The notes under the pieces are model-generated. The model was given only the letters and a program-made list of their open reading frames with translations, was not told where the DNA came from and did not search any database. Shown one piece after another: positions 61,341 through 64,000 of a DNA stretch of 64,000 bases. Numbering within the stretch: the stretch's first letter is position 1; each line of letters opens with the position of its first letter. The DNA lies in assembly GCA_038087875.1 (NCBI GenBank), contig CM075977.1:312046001-312110000 (forward strand), read 5' to 3'. Position numbers and translations under genes: made by a program. Origin of the DNA: Malacoraja senta (lineage: Eukaryota).

Positions 61341-63219
61341 AGATAGACACAAAGTGCTGGAGTAACTCAGCTGGACAGGCAGTGGTTTAGTGGTTTCTCT
61401 AGTGGTTTCTCCTTATAAACTCAAAGCAACCTAGCTAATTTCGACCTGTTACTTCTAACACCTTGGTTACATTCTGAACCTTTATGGTTTTCTCATAAAC
61501 TGGTTTAAACTTCACAGTGGTCATTCTGAGATCAGTCAAAAAAAACAAAAAGACTTTAACACAAAATAATCCCAGAAAACATTTTAATAGTGCCAGACAG
61601 TATAGAAATTGGCACACTGAGACAACACCAAAATCAAATGCACATCCCACAATACTACACTAGTCCCACTTTATTCTCCCCAGGGTCCCATCAACTACCC
61701 CCATGGCGCACCCACACACTGGGGGTAATTTGGAGGACAATCAACCTACCAAGCAGCACGCATACAAACAAACAAGATGATAGTTTTAGTAATATACAGA
61801 TTTTGCACTGGAGTTTAAAAAAACATGAAAATAAAACAGTACTCTTGTTAATATGTTTCAATTGAAATATGATCTTTATTATAGTCACAGCACAATCAGA
61901 TGCCAGTGAAATACACCAAGACTGGAAGCCTACGTTCATTATTAATGAAGAATTGACAGTTGATGTTGGAGGTACGTGGTATTTATCAGTAGTTTTTACC
62001 TGCTGAAAAGAGCCAAGATTTTGTGGCCTCCACCAATGTTTTGCAGATGCACTGATTTGCTTTGCAAGCCAATCCCATCCTCTGACAGGACAGGGAAGAT
62101 GAGTGATATAACTAGTCACGCCCATCAAATAGCTGGAAAGAAATTGCATCTGGCAAATATAATATATAAGTCAATGGGATTCTATGAAGGGAAAATAGTG
62201 TTCGGCAACTTTAATACAATTTTATTTGAGGAAGAAACTTGCATGAGGAATTGATTAAAAGACAGAAAATGGAATGGGAATAAATAGTTCATTTTGAGTT
62301 TGCCAAATGTTTAGTAGTTGGCTGCTATTGGGATCAAACTTCGGGCCTTTAGACATTCACTATTGATATTTATGACCAAGGAAAATAATGATATTGTAGA
62401 GAAATTTGAAGATGAATCTAAGCTAGATGGCAAAGTGGGCTACAAGGATAATCCAATGGAATATGGATTTTGTGTATTGATAAAACGGTGGCAGATAAAC
62501 TATAATGTGGGTCAATATGAGGCAATGCATTTGAGTTTGAAGGATTTTTAAACATGTAAGCATTGGTGCACAGAGCAATTTTGTGTGCTGGTTTGTTTGG
62601 TTCACAAGCAACTGTGTTTACAATCAAAGACTGGAAAATGGAAGATAAATAAAATGGAGGCTGGAAATGGAAATAAAAATAAAAAATGCGAGAAACACTC
62701 ATCGAATTGAGAGCTGCTGCAGAAAAGATCAACAGCATCGTTCCTAGACATCCATATTATCAGCAACATAACCTGGTCTCTTCATACTGATGCAGAGATC
62801 AAGAAATTGCACCAGCAGTGTATTTATATTTTCGGATCTGGGAAGGTTCGGCAAGACCACAAGGATTCTCTTGGACTTCTAAATTAGACCTGCAGAAATT
62901 ATTCTGAAGAAATGCATCTTTACCTAGTATGGCAGCTGCTCTGTTTTTGACAGCCTGAACGAACAGAGAGTGGCAAACATGGCTCGTCACTTCCTTTCAT
63001 CCAGTCAATCTACGCAGAGTGCTGCATCTGGAAGGTTGGACATTTCATCAGGGCTGCCTGTGACCTTGGCCATTCCTTTTTCTTTCTTCCACCTGCCGGG
63101 AGAATATACAGGAGTTTGAAAGCCTGATATCCAGACTGATCTTCCTCCACTGCTATCAGACTTGTGAACCAATCACCTCTCTCGCACACCCTTCCCAGAG
63201 TTTCTGCCACATACTCTTA

Positions 63220-63495
63220 CAGTGCCCTTCATAATCTTTGGGCCAAAGACCCATTTATTTATTTGCCTCTCTACTCCACAATTTGAGATCTGTAATAGAA
63301 AACATCACATGTGGTTAAAGTGCACATTGTCAGATTTTAATATAGGCCATGTTTATACATTTTGGTTTCACCATGCAGAAATTACAGCAGTGTTTTGTAC
63401 ATAGTCCCCCCATTTCAGGGCACCATAATGTTTGGGACACAGCAATGTCATGTAAATGAAAGTAGTCATGTTTAGTATTTTGTTGCATATCCTTG
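63220..63495 (+). mobile_element. Tc1-like transposon terminal fragment (IR/DR)
   Basis: TA|CAGTGCCCTTCATAATCTTTGGG terminus with inner repeat CCATAATGTTTGGGACA near 63423. Confidence 0.75.
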
Positions 63496-63614
63496 TAACG
63501 ATATCTCATTCAGTTATTCTGTTATTGCACTTTTATATTTTTCCTGCACTACTTGATGGCACTACAATCTGCATCATTCTATTGTTTTGCATTTGTCATT
63601 GTATCTATCGACGT

Positions 63615-64000
63615 ATCTACCTCTAAAAGTCTCATCTTGTTTCTATCTATCTATCTCTGCGTGCGTATGTGATCTGGGACCTACGCCAAAATGTTTGTAT
63701 GCACGGAAGCGCAAAAATATTTGCACCACCATACTCACTGTTGTTCCGTGGTCATTCCTATAAAGTTTCGTTCAGATTGAAGTTATATTTCACGTTATTC
63801 ATAATTTTTTACTTTAACTAAGTTTAAGAAGAATTTAACAGCTAAATCCTTGCTGGCCCAGCTTGCAACAAGTTGCATACAAAGTTGCAATCGAGGAACA
63901 CTCAGTCCTTCCAGCAAGTTTTTATCTGAAGAGGCGGGGGTGGGGGCAATTGCATCTTTTTCTTAAAGTCCTCAAACCAAGAGGAGGGGGAAGCTGTGCT
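63615..64000 (+). mobile_element. Possible second Helitron-like repeat, 5' part
   Basis: TCTACCTCTAAAAGTCTCATCTTG resembles the start of the element at 43305 (TCTATATTACTAAAACTAAGATCTTG). No 3' end in the window. Confidence 0.35.

Noticed and set aside
62760-63010. Possible CLOCK promoter or exon (AACATGGC, CACTTCC motifs; 63-aa minus ORF)
   Set aside because: No CpG island, no recognisable CLOCK peptide, and the short motifs are expected by chance.

Overview
Vertebrate genomic DNA, most likely a cartilaginous fish (skate/ray-like). This is inferred from HE1-type SINEs, CR1 tails and Penelope-derived repeats, not proven. There are two host genes, both on +. The first is the 3' end of neuromedin U (NMU; exons encoding EEYRGPGIIPSRGYFLFR|PRNGRSSSTFR*). 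The second is a complete six-exon phosducin-like 2 (PDCL2; 717-nt CDS, 238 aa, 9174-38612). This order matches the NMU-PDCL2-(CLOCK) block of other vertebrates; no CLOCK exon is visible. The rest is mostly transposable elements. PDCL2 intron 5 (18.5 kb) holds a Rex1/Babar-type LINE split by a Harbinger MITE, two head-to-tail DIRS1 tyrosine-recombinase retrotransposons, a Penelope fragment and CR1 pieces. Downstream, a ~2.3-kb non-autonomous Helitron has been inflated to 17.7 kb by nested insertions: an L1 containing a full-length CR1, and a Rex-type LINE containing a young Gypsy/Mag LTR element. The most unusual signals are (1) a 282-bp TSD-flanked retroposon made almost entirely of hairpins and a pseudoknot (ribozyme candidate), (2) Penelope-type minimal hammerhead cores that are intact only antisense to the host introns, (3) a TATA-Inr-splice-donor cassette inside the Helitron, and (4) the tandem DIRS pair sharing one right terminus. 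All calls were made by eye without database searches.
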